A stretch of DNA of 64,000 nt from NCBI RefSeq assembly GCF_003918875.1, contig NW_025765942.1, positions 1-64,000 of the forward strand, read 5' to 3'. Positions within the stretch are counted from its first letter, which is position 1. Every line of letters begins with the position of its first letter. Under the pieces are notes generated by a model, which was not told the origin of the DNA, made no database searches, and saw only the letters and a list, made by a program, of their open reading frames with translations. This document shows, piece by piece, positions 13,703-26,974 of the stretch. The DNA comes from Haliotis rubra (lineage: Eukaryota). A program made the translations under genes and the position numbers.

Positions 13703-13778
13703 GTATGGAAGAAAAAGAATTCAGGAAAGTTCACAGGAAGTTGAGGCTACCCCCCTCAAAGTACCACGACACCAATGA
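13703..13778 (+). CDS. Probable terminal coding exon of the ankyrin gene: (R)YGRKRIQESSQEVEATPLKVPRHQ*
   Basis: Acceptor tttccacag| at 13702 is phase-compatible with the phase-2 donor at 12085. TGA at 13776-13778. The last ~38 bp are duplicated at 13793-13830. Confidence 0.7.
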
Positions 13779-14341
13779 AAGATCGAGCTAGCTGAGGCTA
13801 CCCCCCTCAAAGTACCACGACACCAATGAAGGATCTGACTGGATTATGAGTAACCTATGAAAAAGATGAGGCGGTTTCGTCTCTGCTGACACACACACAC
13901 CTGGTAGAGAGTGAGTTAAATCTCAACTGGGTTGTTCCTGGATGCCTGACACTCCTGGTACATCATCTGTTATGCAGCTAAATGGATTATTCACATCATT
14001 TGACAACTTACTGCATGTATATATTCAGTGTACATATCTAAACAGTGGGCACTAGTGGGACGTTAGTTTTGTGATCCAGTTGTACAGTGCTGATAAACTG
14101 AAATGTACATAGACTTTACACCATATCTGTCAACTCAGGAATGATAGTAGCACCTGTACTGAAACCTAAAGTCTGCATGACAATCCATATTTCAATGTGT
14201 ATATTAATGGTGTTCAAATACAGAAAACAGCATTGTAGAAGGTGTATATACTTGTCTAGTAACTATCAGAATGAAATCGGTCCACCAAGTTTTATATTAC
14301 ATTGACCACCTGCACCCCATGAGTGACATCATTTTGAACTA

Positions 14342-14493
14342 TACTGATGGAAACAAATAAGGGAACGCCACTTCATGGTAGTGTTCCTTTATATATTTCT
14401 CAGATTTCCTCCCACAGCGCTGGTGATGAAAACTGGAAAATATTAAAGGAACACTTGAATTTTCCTGCATTTCTTTATTTGTTTCTCTCAGTA
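14342..14493. mobile_element. Short MITE, Tc1/mariner-like
   Basis: Imperfect TIRs TACTGATGGAAACAAATAA ... TTATTTGTTTCTCTCAGTA, with TA on both sides. Confidence 0.6.
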
Positions 14494-14894
14494 TATTAAC
14501 TTCACCATTTGAGATTAGTTGTTCACAGTTTTATCCATTTTTTCAACAGTTTAAATGATCATTGTGTCAAATGTGTTTTATTTCTATTGTAGTTTGCCAA
14601 TGGCTCTCTTTGATACTGATATTTTGGGAAGGATCATTTGGTATTGGGGAGCTAGGGCTTTATAAAAAAAGAAAGTAAATTTTCACAGAAAGTGTTTGAA
14701 AAAATAATTATTGTTCACAATATGGACTAAAATAACATCATATCTGCCACAAAAATTACATTTTTGCAAGGCTGTTATTTTTTCATAAAAAGTCCAACAA
14801 CATGAAGGCTTGTAGTTTCAATTGGAAATACAAGTAGGTTCAAACTATCCAGTTTGAATAAAAACTTCAATCCGAGCCATTCCTGAATATATAT

Positions 14895-17800
14895 GATTAA
14901 ACTATCTGAGCAATTGCTGTATATATTTGATAAAACTATCTGAACCATTTCTGTATATATATTTGATGAGACCATCTGAACCATTACTGTATATTATTTG
15001 ACAAGACCATCTGAACCATTACTGTATATATTTGACAAGACTATCTGAGCCATTACTGCATATATTTGATAAGACTATCTGAACCATTACTGCATATATT
15101 TGATAAGACTAACTGAACGATCACTGTATATATTTGATGAGACCATCTAAACTATCACTGTATTTGTTTGACATGTCTGTGTAAACCATTACTTTAAATA
15201 TTTGACAACACTGTCTGAACCATTACTGCATATATTTGACCAGACTGTGTGAACCATTACTGCATATATTTGACAAAACTCTCTGAACCATTACTGTAAA
15301 TATTTGATAACACTATTATGTATTTGATAAGACCATCTGAACCATTACTGCATATATTTGACAAGACTGTGTGAACCGTTACTGCATATATTCAATAAGA
15401 CCATCTGAACCATTACTGTACATATTTGATAAACTATCTGAACCATTACTGTATATATTTGATAAACTATCTGAACCATTACTGTATATATTTGATAAGA
15501 CCATCTGAACCATTACTGTATATTATTTGACAAAACCATCTGAACCATTACTGTATATATTTGATAGACCATCTGAACCATTACTGCATATATTTGACAA
15601 AACTGTTTGAACCATTACTGCATATATTTGATAAGACTATCTGAACCATTACTGTATATATTTGATAACACTATCAGAACCATTACTGCATATATTTGAT
15701 AAGACTATCTGAATGATTAGTGCATATATTTGACAAGACACTCTGAACCATTACTGTATATATTTGATAAGACCATCTGAACCATCACTGTATATGTTTG
15801 ACAAGACTGTGTGAACCACTTCTTTAGATATTTAATAACACTGTCTGAACCATTACTACATATATTTCACAGACTATCTGAACCATTACTGTATATATTT
15901 GATAAACTATCTGAACCATTACTGCATATATTTGACAAAAACTGCCTGAACCATTACTGTATATATTTGATAAGACTATCTGAACCATTACTGTACATAT
16001 TTGATAAGGCTATCTCAACCATTACTGCATATATTTGATAAGACTATCTGAATCATTAGTGCATATATTTGACAAGACCATCGGAACCATTACAGCATAT
16101 ATTTGATAAGACTTACTGAACGATCACTGCATCTTTTTGATAAGACCATCTAAACCATCACTGTATATATTTGACAAGACTGTGTGAACCACTACTTTAG
16201 ATATTTGATAACACTGTCTGAACCATTACTGCATATATTTCAAAGACTATCTGAACCATTACTGTATATATTTGACAAGACTACCTTAACCATTCCTGCA
16301 TATATTTGATAAACTATCTGAACCATTACTGTATATATTTGATAAGACCATGTGAACCATTACTGCATATATTTGATAAACTATCTGAACCATTACTGCA
16401 CATATTTGACAAAACTGCCTGAACCATTACTGCACATATTTGACAAAACTGCCTGAACCATTACTGTATATATTTGACAAAATTATCTGAACCATTACTG
16501 CATATATTTTATAAACTATCTGAACCATTACTGTATATATTTGATAAGACCATCTGAACCATTATTGCATATATTTGACAAAACTGCCTCAACCATTACT
16601 GTACATATTTGATAAGACTATATGAACCATTACTGCATATATTTGATAAGACTATCTGAATCATTAGTGCATATATTTGACAAGACCATCTGAACCATTA
16701 TAGCATATATTTGATAAGACTTACTGAACGATCACTGCATCTTTTTGATAAGACCATCTAAACCATCATTGTATATATTTGACAAGATTGTGTGAACCAT
16801 TACTTTAGATATTTGATAACACTGCCTGAACCATGACTGCATATATTTCAAAGACTATCTGAACCATTACTGTATATATTTGACAAGATTATCTTAACCA
16901 TTCCTGCATATATTTGATAAACTATCTGAACCATTACTGTATATATTTGATAAGACCATCTGAACCATTACTGTATATATTTGATAAGACTATCTGAACC
17001 ATTACTGCATATATTTGATAAGACTATCTGAATGATTAGTGCATATATTTGACAAGACACTCTGAACCATTACTGTATATATTTGATAAGACTAGCTTAA
17101 TGATCACTGTATCTATTTGATAAGACCATCTGAACCATCACTGTATATGTTTGACAAGACTGTGAACCACTTCTTTAGATATTTAATAACACTGTCTGAA
17201 CCATTACTACATATATTTCACAGACTATCTGAACCATTACTGTATATATTTGAAAAGACTATCTGAACCGTTACTGCATATATTTGATAAACTATCTGAA
17301 CCATTACTGTATATATTTGATAGGACCATCTGAACCATTACTGCATATATTTGATAAACTATCTGAACCATTACTGCACATATTTGACAAAACTGCCTGA
17401 ACCATTACAATACATATTTGATAAGACTATCTGAACCATTACTGTATATATTTGATAAGACTATCTGAACCATTACTGCATATATTTGATAAGACTATCT
17501 GAATGATAAGTGCATATATTTGACAAGACACTCTGAACCATTACTGTATATATTTGATAAGACTAACTTAATGATCACTGTATATATTTGATAAGACCAT
17601 CTGAACCATCACTGTATATGTTTGACAAGACTGTGTGAACCACTTCTTTAGATATTTAATAACACTGTCTGAACCATTACTACATATATTTCACAGACTA
17701 TCTGAACCATTACTGTATATATTTGAAAAGACTATCTGAACCGTTACTGCATATATTTGATAAACTATCTGAACCATTACTGTATATATTTGATAAGAGC

Positions 17801-18525
17801 ATTTGAACCATTACTGCATATATGTGATGAACTATCTGAACCATTACTGCATATATTTGACAAAACTGCCTGAACCATTGCTTTATATATTTGATAAGAC
17901 TATCTGAACCATTACTGTATATATGTGATAAGACTATCTGAACCATTACTGCATATATTTGATAAGAGTATCTGAACCATCCCTTTGTATATTTGATAAA
18001 CTATCTCAATCATTACTGCATATATTCGATGAGAACATCTGAACCATTACTGTGTATATTTGATAAACTATCTGAACCATTACTGTATATATTTGATATA
18101 CTATCTGAACCATTACTGTAAATATTTGATAAACTATCTGAACCATTACTGTTTATATTTGATATGAATATCTGAACCATTACTGCACATATTTGATAAA
18201 CTATCTGAACCATTACTGCATGTATTTGACAAAACTGCCTGAACCATTACTGTATATATTTGATAAAACTGTCTGAGCCGTTACTCTATATATTTGATAA
18301 GACCATCTGAACCATCACTTCATATATTTGATGAGACCATCTGAATCATTACTGCATATATTTGATAAAACTGTCTGAGCCATTACTGCATATATTTGAT
18401 AAACTATCTGAATCATTACTGTATATATTTGATAAAACTGTCTGAGCCATTACTGCATATTTTTGATGAAACCATCTGAACCATTACTGTATATATTTGA
18501 TTAGATTATCTAAGCCATTACTGTG
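14895..18525. repeat. 33-34 bp satellite (CTATCTGAACCATTACTGTATATATTTGATAAGA), ~105 copies, with higher-order blocks
   Basis: Direct tandem repetition. Diagnostic variant monomers recur at ~470 bp and ~610 bp spacing. Confidence 0.95.
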
Positions 18526-18575
18526 TGTGTATATATATATAGAAAGTGATGAGAATACCGAGCGTACAGTAGTAC

Positions 18576-18687
18576 ATATATAAGAAGAAGTTTCTGAAAT
18601 AATCAGACTACACGGATCTTCTCCATCAGGTTTCACTTTTATCTTCAGGAGAAGATCCGTGTCGAGTGATTATTTCAGAAACTTCTT

Positions 18688-18696
<9 letters not shown>
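18576..18696. other. Long hairpin (~45-bp stem) embedded in (TA)n
   Basis: AAGAAGAAGTTTCTGAAATAATCA..ACACGGATCTTCTCC / GGAGAAGATCCGTGT..TGATTATTTCAGAAACTTCTTCTT. Confidence 0.9.
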
Positions 18697-18725
<29 letters not shown>

Positions 18726-18754
18726 ATATATAACTGTCTTATCTATTATTGAAT

Positions 18755-19040
18755 GACAGTGTTTGAGAGGAAAGTACGAATGGTAATTGCATATATTTTA
18801 TGTACCTATTTAGTCCATTATTGTTTACCAGTAATTGAGAGGAAAATAGGTGCCATTACTGAGTATATTTTATGTAACTATCAAACTTCTTCTTGTATAC
18901 CAGTATTTGAGAGGAAAAGAGGACTCACTACTGTTTATGTTTTATGTAACTATCAAACTTCTAGTTGTATACCAGTATTTGAGAGGAAAATAGGACTCAC
19001 TACTGTTTATGTTTTATGTAACTATCAAACTTCTAGTCGC
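18755..19040. repeat. 72-bp tandem repeat, 4 copies
   Basis: GAGAGGAAA at 18765, 18837, 18909 and 18981. This explains ORF 18753-19073. Confidence 0.9.
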
Positions 19041-19825
19041 CAGTCAACAAGGTTATATAATGTTATCAGATAGCTGGGTGATGGTTGGGGGAAGGACTGA
19101 CCAATAATGCACAACACGTTTGTCTCTATGATCTCTGATATGTATCTACTCACAGGGACAGAAAATATTGTTTGTCAGCTGAGACAAGAGACACACATAA
19201 ACATGTGTACATGTTCCCTATCTGAATAAGTGTCTACCACACACACATTAGATCTTTCTTCTAGCTGGTTATTTAGAAAGTTGGCCCCTTTGAGTATAAC
19301 ACCTTCTAGGATCTGAATCCCCAGGTTTATTCTGTGATCATACAGTGTAATGTTTAACTGCTCCTGACAATTTCTTCCACAAATGTTACGAAAAGTTCAT
19401 TTTTTGTTGTCAGATGGCCAAGTCAGGTAATGATGTTGAGTCTAATGTCTCAAATCCCATATGAGTCAAAATGTTGTAGTTAATACCCAGGATTAAATGA
19501 CCGCAGGTTTCAGATGCTGATAAATTGGTTTGAAAGTGAAATAAGAACTGCAGCTTGAGCATGTACTAGTGGATATGTGTACTATATAAATATCCTATAA
19601 TATGATTATTATTACAGTTATTTACAGTTGGTATATATGTACACCTATGACACTTACGATTGTATCTATATTCAGTGTAATGTAAAACTGGCAATATGCT
19701 CCCATTTACCCCCATTCCCCTGATGAAGGAGTTAGAATATACTCCGAAACTTGGTGTTCCTCAAATAAAGAAACTGACATCCGTAAATTCTTCTCTTATG
19801 TGTATCACTTCTAAATGCTTTTCAG

Positions 19826-20048
19826 AGAGTGTGTGAGTGAGTTTAGTTTTACGCCGCCCTCAGCAATATTCACATGTAAATAATTGTGTCTGGACCAGAC
19901 TATCCAGTGATCAACAGCATGAGCATCGATCTGTGCAATAGGGATACAATGACATGTCTCAACCAAGTCAGCGAGTCTGACTACCAGATCGCCTCTTATG
20001 ACAAGCATGGGTTACTGAAGATCAATTCTAACCCGAATCTACATGGGT
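19826..20048 (-). mobile_element. SINE family A (Nin-domain-like core ACCCATGCTTGTCGTAAGAGGCGACTAA, (CACT)n tail)
   Basis: The same ~240-bp sequence occurs many times in the window in both orientations; a partial copy lies at 12088-12185. Confidence 0.8.
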
Positions 20049-21272
20049 ATCGTTAGATGTACTTTGTCGCGCCGTTAATGTTACTGTCCGAAATATCCAT
20101 CTGGTTGGATCAACATCTGTAAATATGGCTAGCTAATACCAAGTGAGAAATTTTTTTGTTTTCAAAAATTGTAAAAATAAAGATAAAACATCGTCCACTG
20201 TTTTATCTCCATACTTCCCCGTGTATTTGTGATGAGTTACCATGGTTGTGGGTGTAATCATGCCCCTTAAATCTTTTGTCAGTGATTTGATCTAACACTG
20301 GGAAAAAACAATATTTCTGTTATACCACAGAGTGGCAACGTTCTGTCTTACACTGAAACTAGTCAATCTTCACCAGTTATCTACTACTGCAAAGAAGTTA
20401 AGGATAACCCAACTATCCTTATCCATATCTCTCATAACCATAGTCAATCTTTCATGCCATGATATATGAACCATAGCAACATGAAAGAATCCTTTCAGTG
20501 GTATGTTTTACAAAACAAATAAAAGGTACTGAGAGGTATTTCTGTCCCTAAATCCCCATCAGGCAGTCTTGTCATCCAGAGAATCCCCACAACACAAGAC
20601 AACAATAAGAGTCCCTAAATCCCCCAAAAGCAGTCTTGTCATTCAGAGAATCCCAACCACACGAAACAACAATAAGAATCCCTAATTCACCCCAAAGCAG
20701 TCTGGTCATTCAGAGAATCCCAACCACACAAGATAACAATAAGAATCCCTAAATCCCCCAAAAGCAGTCTGGTCATTCAGAGAATCCCAAAAACACAAGA
20801 CCACAATAAGAGTCCCTAAATCCCCCAAAGGCAGTCTTGTCATTCAGAGAATCCCAAAAACACAAGACAACAATAAGAGTCCCTAAATCCCACAAAAGCA
20901 GTCTTGTCATTCAGAGAATCCCAACCACAAGAAACAACAATAAGAATCCCTAATTCACCCCAAAGCAGTCTGGTCATTCAGAGAATCCCAACCACACAAG
21001 ACCACTATAAGAATCCCTAATTCACCCCAAAGCAGTCTTGTCATTCAGAGAATCCCAACAACACAAGATAACAATAAGAATCCCTAAATCCCCCTAAAGC
21101 AGTCTGGTCATTCAGAGAATCCCAACCACACAAGACCACTATAAGAATCCCTAATTCACCCCAAAGCAGTCTGGTCATTCAGAGAATCCCAACAACACAA
21201 GATAACAATAAGAATCCCTAAATCCCCCTAAAGCAGTCTGGTCATTCAGAGAATCCCAACCACACAAGACTA

Positions 21273-22145
21273 CAACAAGTGTTTGCCACGGATATTGCAA
21301 TGTCCCCTGCCACTATAGAATGGAATATCTATATTTACTACTTTTCATTTTTTTTGTCACATACAAGATGCCTGAAATACCTGGTGTCTGCATAATCACC
21401 CAATGTTGGCTGTCGACATAATTGAAAACATTGGGTGCAATGTTTTATGAGATATCGAGTTTAAATAAGTTTGAAAAGTGGTCAAAGTGTCGTAGTGACC
21501 TTGAAGATAAGGCCAAGGTCACCCAAATAAACTGGTGTCTGCAAAATCCCCTAATGTAGGCTGTCACCAAATTTGAAGACATTGGGTACAACAGTCCAGA
21601 GATGTCTCATTAACAAGACTGACTGACTGAGTATGGTTTTGCGCCGTTTTTAGCAATATTCCAGTAATATCCCGGCGGGGGACACTAGAAATGGGCTTCA
21701 CAAGTTGTACCCAAGTGGGGAATCGAACCCGGGCCTTCGGCGTGACGAGCGAACGTTTTAACCACTAGGCTACCCCACCGCCCCGCGCATTAACAAGAGC
21801 TTGAAAAGTGTTCAAAGTGTCATGGTGACTTTGAAGACAAGGTCAAGGTCACCCAAATCAACTGGTGTCAGCATAATCCCCTAAAGTAGTCTGTCACCAA
21901 ATTTGAAGACATTGGGTGCAACAGTTCATGAGACATCACGCTAACAAGAGTTTGAAAAGTGGTCAAAGTGTCAGGGTGACCTTGAAAATATGGTCAAGGT
22001 CACCCAAATCGACTGCTCTCTGCATAATCCCCCAATGTAGGTGGTCACCAAATTTGAAGACATTAGGTACAACAGTTCATGAGATATCGCATTAACAGAA
22101 TCGCGACGTACGGACATACGTACGGACGCCGCTGAATACATAGGA
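21273..22145. mobile_element. Non-autonomous element with ~130-bp internal GACCTTG/AAGGTCA repeats and an ACGG microsatellite (pearl/HINE-like)
   Basis: Several copies of gaccttgaa..aaggtcaaggtcacccaaat..aaatttgaagacattggg, ending in gacgtacggacatacgtacggacg. Architecture resembles molluscan Helentron-associated elements (recalled, not searched). Confidence 0.55.
21619..21787 (-). mobile_element. tRNA-derived SINE family B with 11-bp target-site duplication
   Basis: Reverse complement has A box (TAGCCTAGTGG) and B box (GGTTCGATTCC). CATTAACAAGA is duplicated at 21608-21618 and 21788-21798. Confidence 0.9.
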
Positions 22146-23474
22146 CAATAAGAATCCCTGAATCCCCACAAAGAAGTCAACAAAATCCCAGCAATACAAC
22201 ACAAGACTACAATAAGAGTTCCTACATCCCCACCGGGCAGTCTTGTCATCCAGAGAATCCCAATAACACAAGACTACAATAAGAGTTCCTGCATCCCCAC
22301 CGGGCAGTCTTGTCATCCAGAGAATCCCAACAACACAAGAGTACAATAAGAGTTCCTACATCCCCACCAGGCAGTCTTGTCATCCAGAGAATCCCAACAA
22401 CACAAGACTACAAAAAGAGTTCCTACATCCCCAGCGGGAAGTCTTGTCATCCAGAGAATCCCAATAACACAAGACTACAATAAGAGTTCCTACATCCCCA
22501 CCGGGCAGTCTTGTCATCCAGAGAATCCCAACAACACAAGAGTACAATAAATCTCTTTACTGTGGCATCATATGACCATGTGACATTTCTACAATAAACA
22601 AAAGTAAACTGTTGCAAAATATAAAGTAAACAGCACAGCCTGGTCCATGATTCAAAAACACCAAGCTTACAAGGGAAAAGACATAGCACAATTTATATTC
22701 ACATTTGTCCAGTTCATGTTGTGTTGACACAAAAATACATACATTGAAGACACGATTTCCGATTTTGGAAAATAATCACACTTCCCATGAGCACTCAAAC
22801 ACACATTCATGCTGACATCCCTCACAGAAATATTGCTACAAGACAAGACAGACACAAATGTATATAGTAGCACTCTGAAATAGAACGAACACATCAGTAG
22901 TACCTTGGATGGTTACAAAATTTCATTTTTGTTTCTTTTTCGACCTGAACGATGTATCTTTCCCTTCCTTTAGGTCCATGACATTCCCCTTTGTTCTGTG
23001 GACCAGACATGACGATTCCTTTCTGCATATTTTCAGGGTTTCAGACAACCAAGGATTTTCCTTAGTTTGGGAATCGGGGACAAGAGAAAGTCTTTCATTT
23101 CTCATTGGTGTGTGTTTCGGCCACTAGGTATCCTTTCAATAAGTTTTGTGTTCCATGTATGAGAAAGGGTTTCCCATGGTGTCTTCTGGACATGAGAAAG
23201 CTTTCCGTTACTCTGATGTTAACATAACATTGAGGATTTTCCTCTGGTTTTGCTTCAAAAACAAGAAGAAAGCCTTTCATATAATTTTACATTGTCAACA
23301 TGAGGAGGCCTTTCCCTTTTCGTAGTATTGTGCTCCTGGCAAGAGAAAGCCTTTCATTTGGCTTCGTGTTCAGAACAAAAGAATGCCGATTCCTTCCCCA
23401 AGCATCGTTTTCTGGACAACGGTCCTTGTTTTTTCTGTGCATGTTTGTTTCTTTTGTACAGGTCTTGTACTTTC

Positions 23475-23575
23475 TCAGTCATATGAACTGTCACCTTGTC
23501 GCTTGCTCTGTTTTCGTTTCCGTTTGTGGCGTGTCTGCAGGTAACGTTTCTGATGAGCCAATATAGGGAACAATT
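23475..23575 (-). CDS. DROSHA: Drosha (RNase III) last coding exon: (E)LFPILAHQKRYLQTRHKRKRKQSKRQGDSSYD*
   Basis: Acceptor ttttgttttacag|. Phase-1 join to the exon at 26591-26737. FPILAHQKRY matches the Drosha post-dsRBD motif FPQMAHQKRF. TGA at 23477-23475. Confidence 0.88.
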
Positions 23576-24138
23576 CTGTAAAACAAAAAAGGATTTACAA
23601 AGATTTACAAGGCTAAGAATCTGCGATCAGTGCAGGCAAGATTCTTTTGAATTTACCACAGGAACCATTTCAATATTTTGCACGTATGTTCAACATATTG
23701 CACAATACCATCCAGAATATGGTAACACACAAAATACTGGCTTGGATATGATGAATAAAGTTACAGGGCTTCAGTGTAGATTTATAGACATTATCCACTT
23801 ACGTATATGTAATAAGTGGTGTCATGAAAAATCTCAACCATCGTTCAATTATATTCAGAGCTGTCTCCAATACTGGCTAATTTCACAATAGGTTCACACA
23901 CACAGATGATGTGGGATGAACTTGAGGATGCTAAATGGGACTAAGTCTGGCTAGTTCTCAATCTGAGCAAGTTTGATTCCAGTCATTTAAAGCCCACCAA
24001 ACATACAATGTATATCAATCTAGGAGTGAATGATTACCTTTTCACAAATATCTATATTTCTTGTCTCCAAATTGAGTACCATATCATCCTGGACTGAGAA
24101 AACGTGGGACTAGCATCATGAGCAATGACCCACGCTGC

Positions 24139-26540
24139 CAGACAGGTCACACAACCAGACAGGTCACATTGTCAGACAGGTCACACAACCAGACAGGTCA
24201 CATTGTCAGACAGGTCACACAACCAGACAGGTCACATTGTCAGACAGGTCACACAACCAGACAGGTTACATTGTCAGACTGGTCACACAACCAGACAGGT
24301 CGCATCGTCAGACTGGTCACACAACCAGACAGGTCACATTGTCAAACTGGTCACAGCAACAGACAGGTCACACTGGTCACACAACCAGTCAGGTGACACT
24401 GGTCACACAACCAGACTGGTCACAAAGTCAGACGGGTTACAAAGCCAGACAGGTCACATACCGAGTCAGGTCACACACCCAGACATGTCACACAACCAGA
24501 CAGGTCACATACCAAGTCAGGTCACACACCCAGACATGTCAAACAACCAGACAGGTCACATACCAAGTCAAGTCACACAACCAGACAGGTCACACTGGTC
24601 ACACAACCAGACTGGTCGCACTGTCAGACTGGTCACAAAACCAGACAGGTCACACAACCAGACAGGTCACAAAACCAGACAGGTCATATACCAAGTCAAG
24701 TCACACAACCAGACAGGTCACACTGGTCACACAACCAGACAGGTCACACAACCACACAACCAGACTGGTCACGCTGTCAGACTGGTCACACAACTAGACA
24801 GGTCACACAACAAGACAGGTCACACAACCACACAACCAGACTGGTCACGCTGTCAGACTGGTCACACAACTAGACAGGTCACACAACAAGACAGGTCACA
24901 CAACCACACAACCATACTGGTCACACTGTCAGACTGGTCACTCAACTAGACAGGTCACACAACCAGACAGGTCACACTGGTTGCACAACCAGACAGGTCA
25001 CACAACCACACAACCAGACTGGTCACAAAACCAGATAGGTCACATACTAAGTCAGGTCACAGACCCAGACATGTCACACAACCAGACAGGTTACATATCA
25101 AGTCAGGTCACACTCCCAGATATGTCACACAACCAGACAGGTCACATACCAAGTCGAGTCACACAACCAGACAGGTCACACAACCACACAACCAGACTGG
25201 TCACGTTGTCAGACTGGTCACACAACTAGACAGGTCACACAACCAGTCAGGTAACACAGGTCACATACCAAGTCAGGTCACACTCTCAGACTGGTCACAC
25301 AAGCAGAGGGGTCACATACCAAATCAGGTCACACACCCAGACATGTCACACAACCAGAGAGGTCACACTGTCAGACAGGTCACACTGGTCACGCAACTAG
25401 ACAGGTCACACAACCAGACAGGTCACACTGGTTGCACAACCAGACAGGTCACACAACCACACAACCAGACTGGTCACACTAAGTCATGTCACAGACCCAG
25501 ACATGTCACACAACCAGACAGGTCACATATCAAGTCAGGTCACACAACCAGACAGGTCACATACCAAGTCAAGTCACACAACCAGACAGGTCACACTGGT
25601 CACACAACCAGACAGGTCACACAACCACACAACCAGGCTGGTGACGCTGTCAGACTGGTCACACAACTAGACAGGTCACACAACCAGACAGGTCACACGG
25701 GTTGCACTACCAGACTGGTCACACAACCACACAACCAGACTGGTCACACTGTCAGACTGGTCACAAAACCAGACAGGTCACATACCAAGTCAGGTCACAG
25801 ACCCAGGCATGTCACACAACCAGACAGGTCAAATACCAAGTCAAGTCACACAACCAGACAGGTCACACTGGTCACACAACCAGACAGGTCACACAACCAC
25901 ACAAACAGACTGGTATCACTGGTCACACAACTAGACAGGTCACACAACCAGACAGGTCACACTGGTTGCACAACCAGACAGGTCACACAACCAGACTGGT
26001 CACACTGTCAGACTGGTCATAAAACCAAACAGGTCACATACCAAGTCAGGTCACACACCCAGACATGTCACACAGCCAGACAGGTCACACAACCAGACAT
26101 GTCACACTGTCAGACAGGTCACAAAACCAAACAGGTCACACTGTCAGACTGGTCAAACAACCAGACAGGTCACACACCCAGTCAGGTCACACTGTGAAAC
26201 TGGTCGCACAACCAGACAGGTCACACTGTCAGACTGCTCAAACAACCAGACATGTCATACAACCAGACAGGTAACAGAAGTCACATACTATGTCAGGTCA
26301 CACTGTCAGATTGGTCACACTGTCAAACTGGTCACACAACCAGTCAGGTCGCACAGTCAAACTGGTCACACAACCAGACAGGTAACACAGGTCACATACT
26401 AAGTCAGGTCACACTGTCAGATTGGTCACATAACCAGTCAGGTCACACTGTCAGACCGGTCACACAACCAGTCAGGTCACACTGTCAAACTGGTCACACA
26501 ACCAGTCAGGTCACACTGTCAGGCAGGTCACACTGTCAGG
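24139..26540. repeat. Complex ~17-bp minisatellite (ACAGGTCACACAACCAG / ACTGGTCACACTGTCAG) in a Drosha intron
   Basis: Direct repetition. The many overlapping ORFs here are repeat artefacts. Confidence 0.95.
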
Positions 26541-26590
26541 CCATCCTTGGGGGAACACAGGGACGACAGAGAAAATACAGCTTTCATTAC

Positions 26591-26737
26591 CTGCTCTGTT
26601 CTGTAAAGCATTAGTGGCAGCCTTCATCTCTGCCCCGCTGTATGCTGTGCCCCATGCCAGTGGCTAGCCGCTCACCCCGGAAGTACACTGCCACCACGCA
26701 CTGCCTTGTGTTGGTCGGACCACGGGACTCTATGACC
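26591..26737 (-). CDS. DROSHA: Drosha dsRBD exon: (K)VIESRGPTNTRQCVVAVYFRGERLATGMGHSIQ/AEMKAATNALQNRA
   Basis: Acceptor ttcttccacag|, donor G|gtaatg. Matches the Drosha dsRBD (GP..R.Y.VAVYF.GER...G.G.SIQQAEM.AA..AL). One extra base in the C-run at ~26633-26636. Confidence 0.93.
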
Positions 26738-26974
26738 CTGTGGAAGAAATGTGATAATCATGATACATGGTCCAATTTAAACCTGATCACTTTCCTGATT
26801 CTTGGAGGGGTTGATTATGCACAATACCAAAGATATCAATTGCAAAGAATTCCTCGTCATTCGGGCATACGCACTTAATGAAGAGTTCTCTGGAGCCCGG
26901 CCAAAGCTTAGATATCAGGCAACACTTGGCTATTTAAGTATGGCTAGCTCTCTTATTCATTTAACACTGACTGA

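Larger units (their letters stand above)
20540..22550. repeat. 67-bp satellite (AATAAGAGTCCCTAAATCCCC...CAGAGAATCCCAACAACACAAGAC), split by a nested insertion
   Basis: 67-bp period on both sides (20604 to 20671; 22211 to 22278). Confidence 0.9.

Noticed and set aside
24118-26614. Many long overlapping ORFs (QTGHTTRQVT...)
   Set aside because: Products of a stop-poor 17-bp minisatellite in all frames, inside a Drosha intron.
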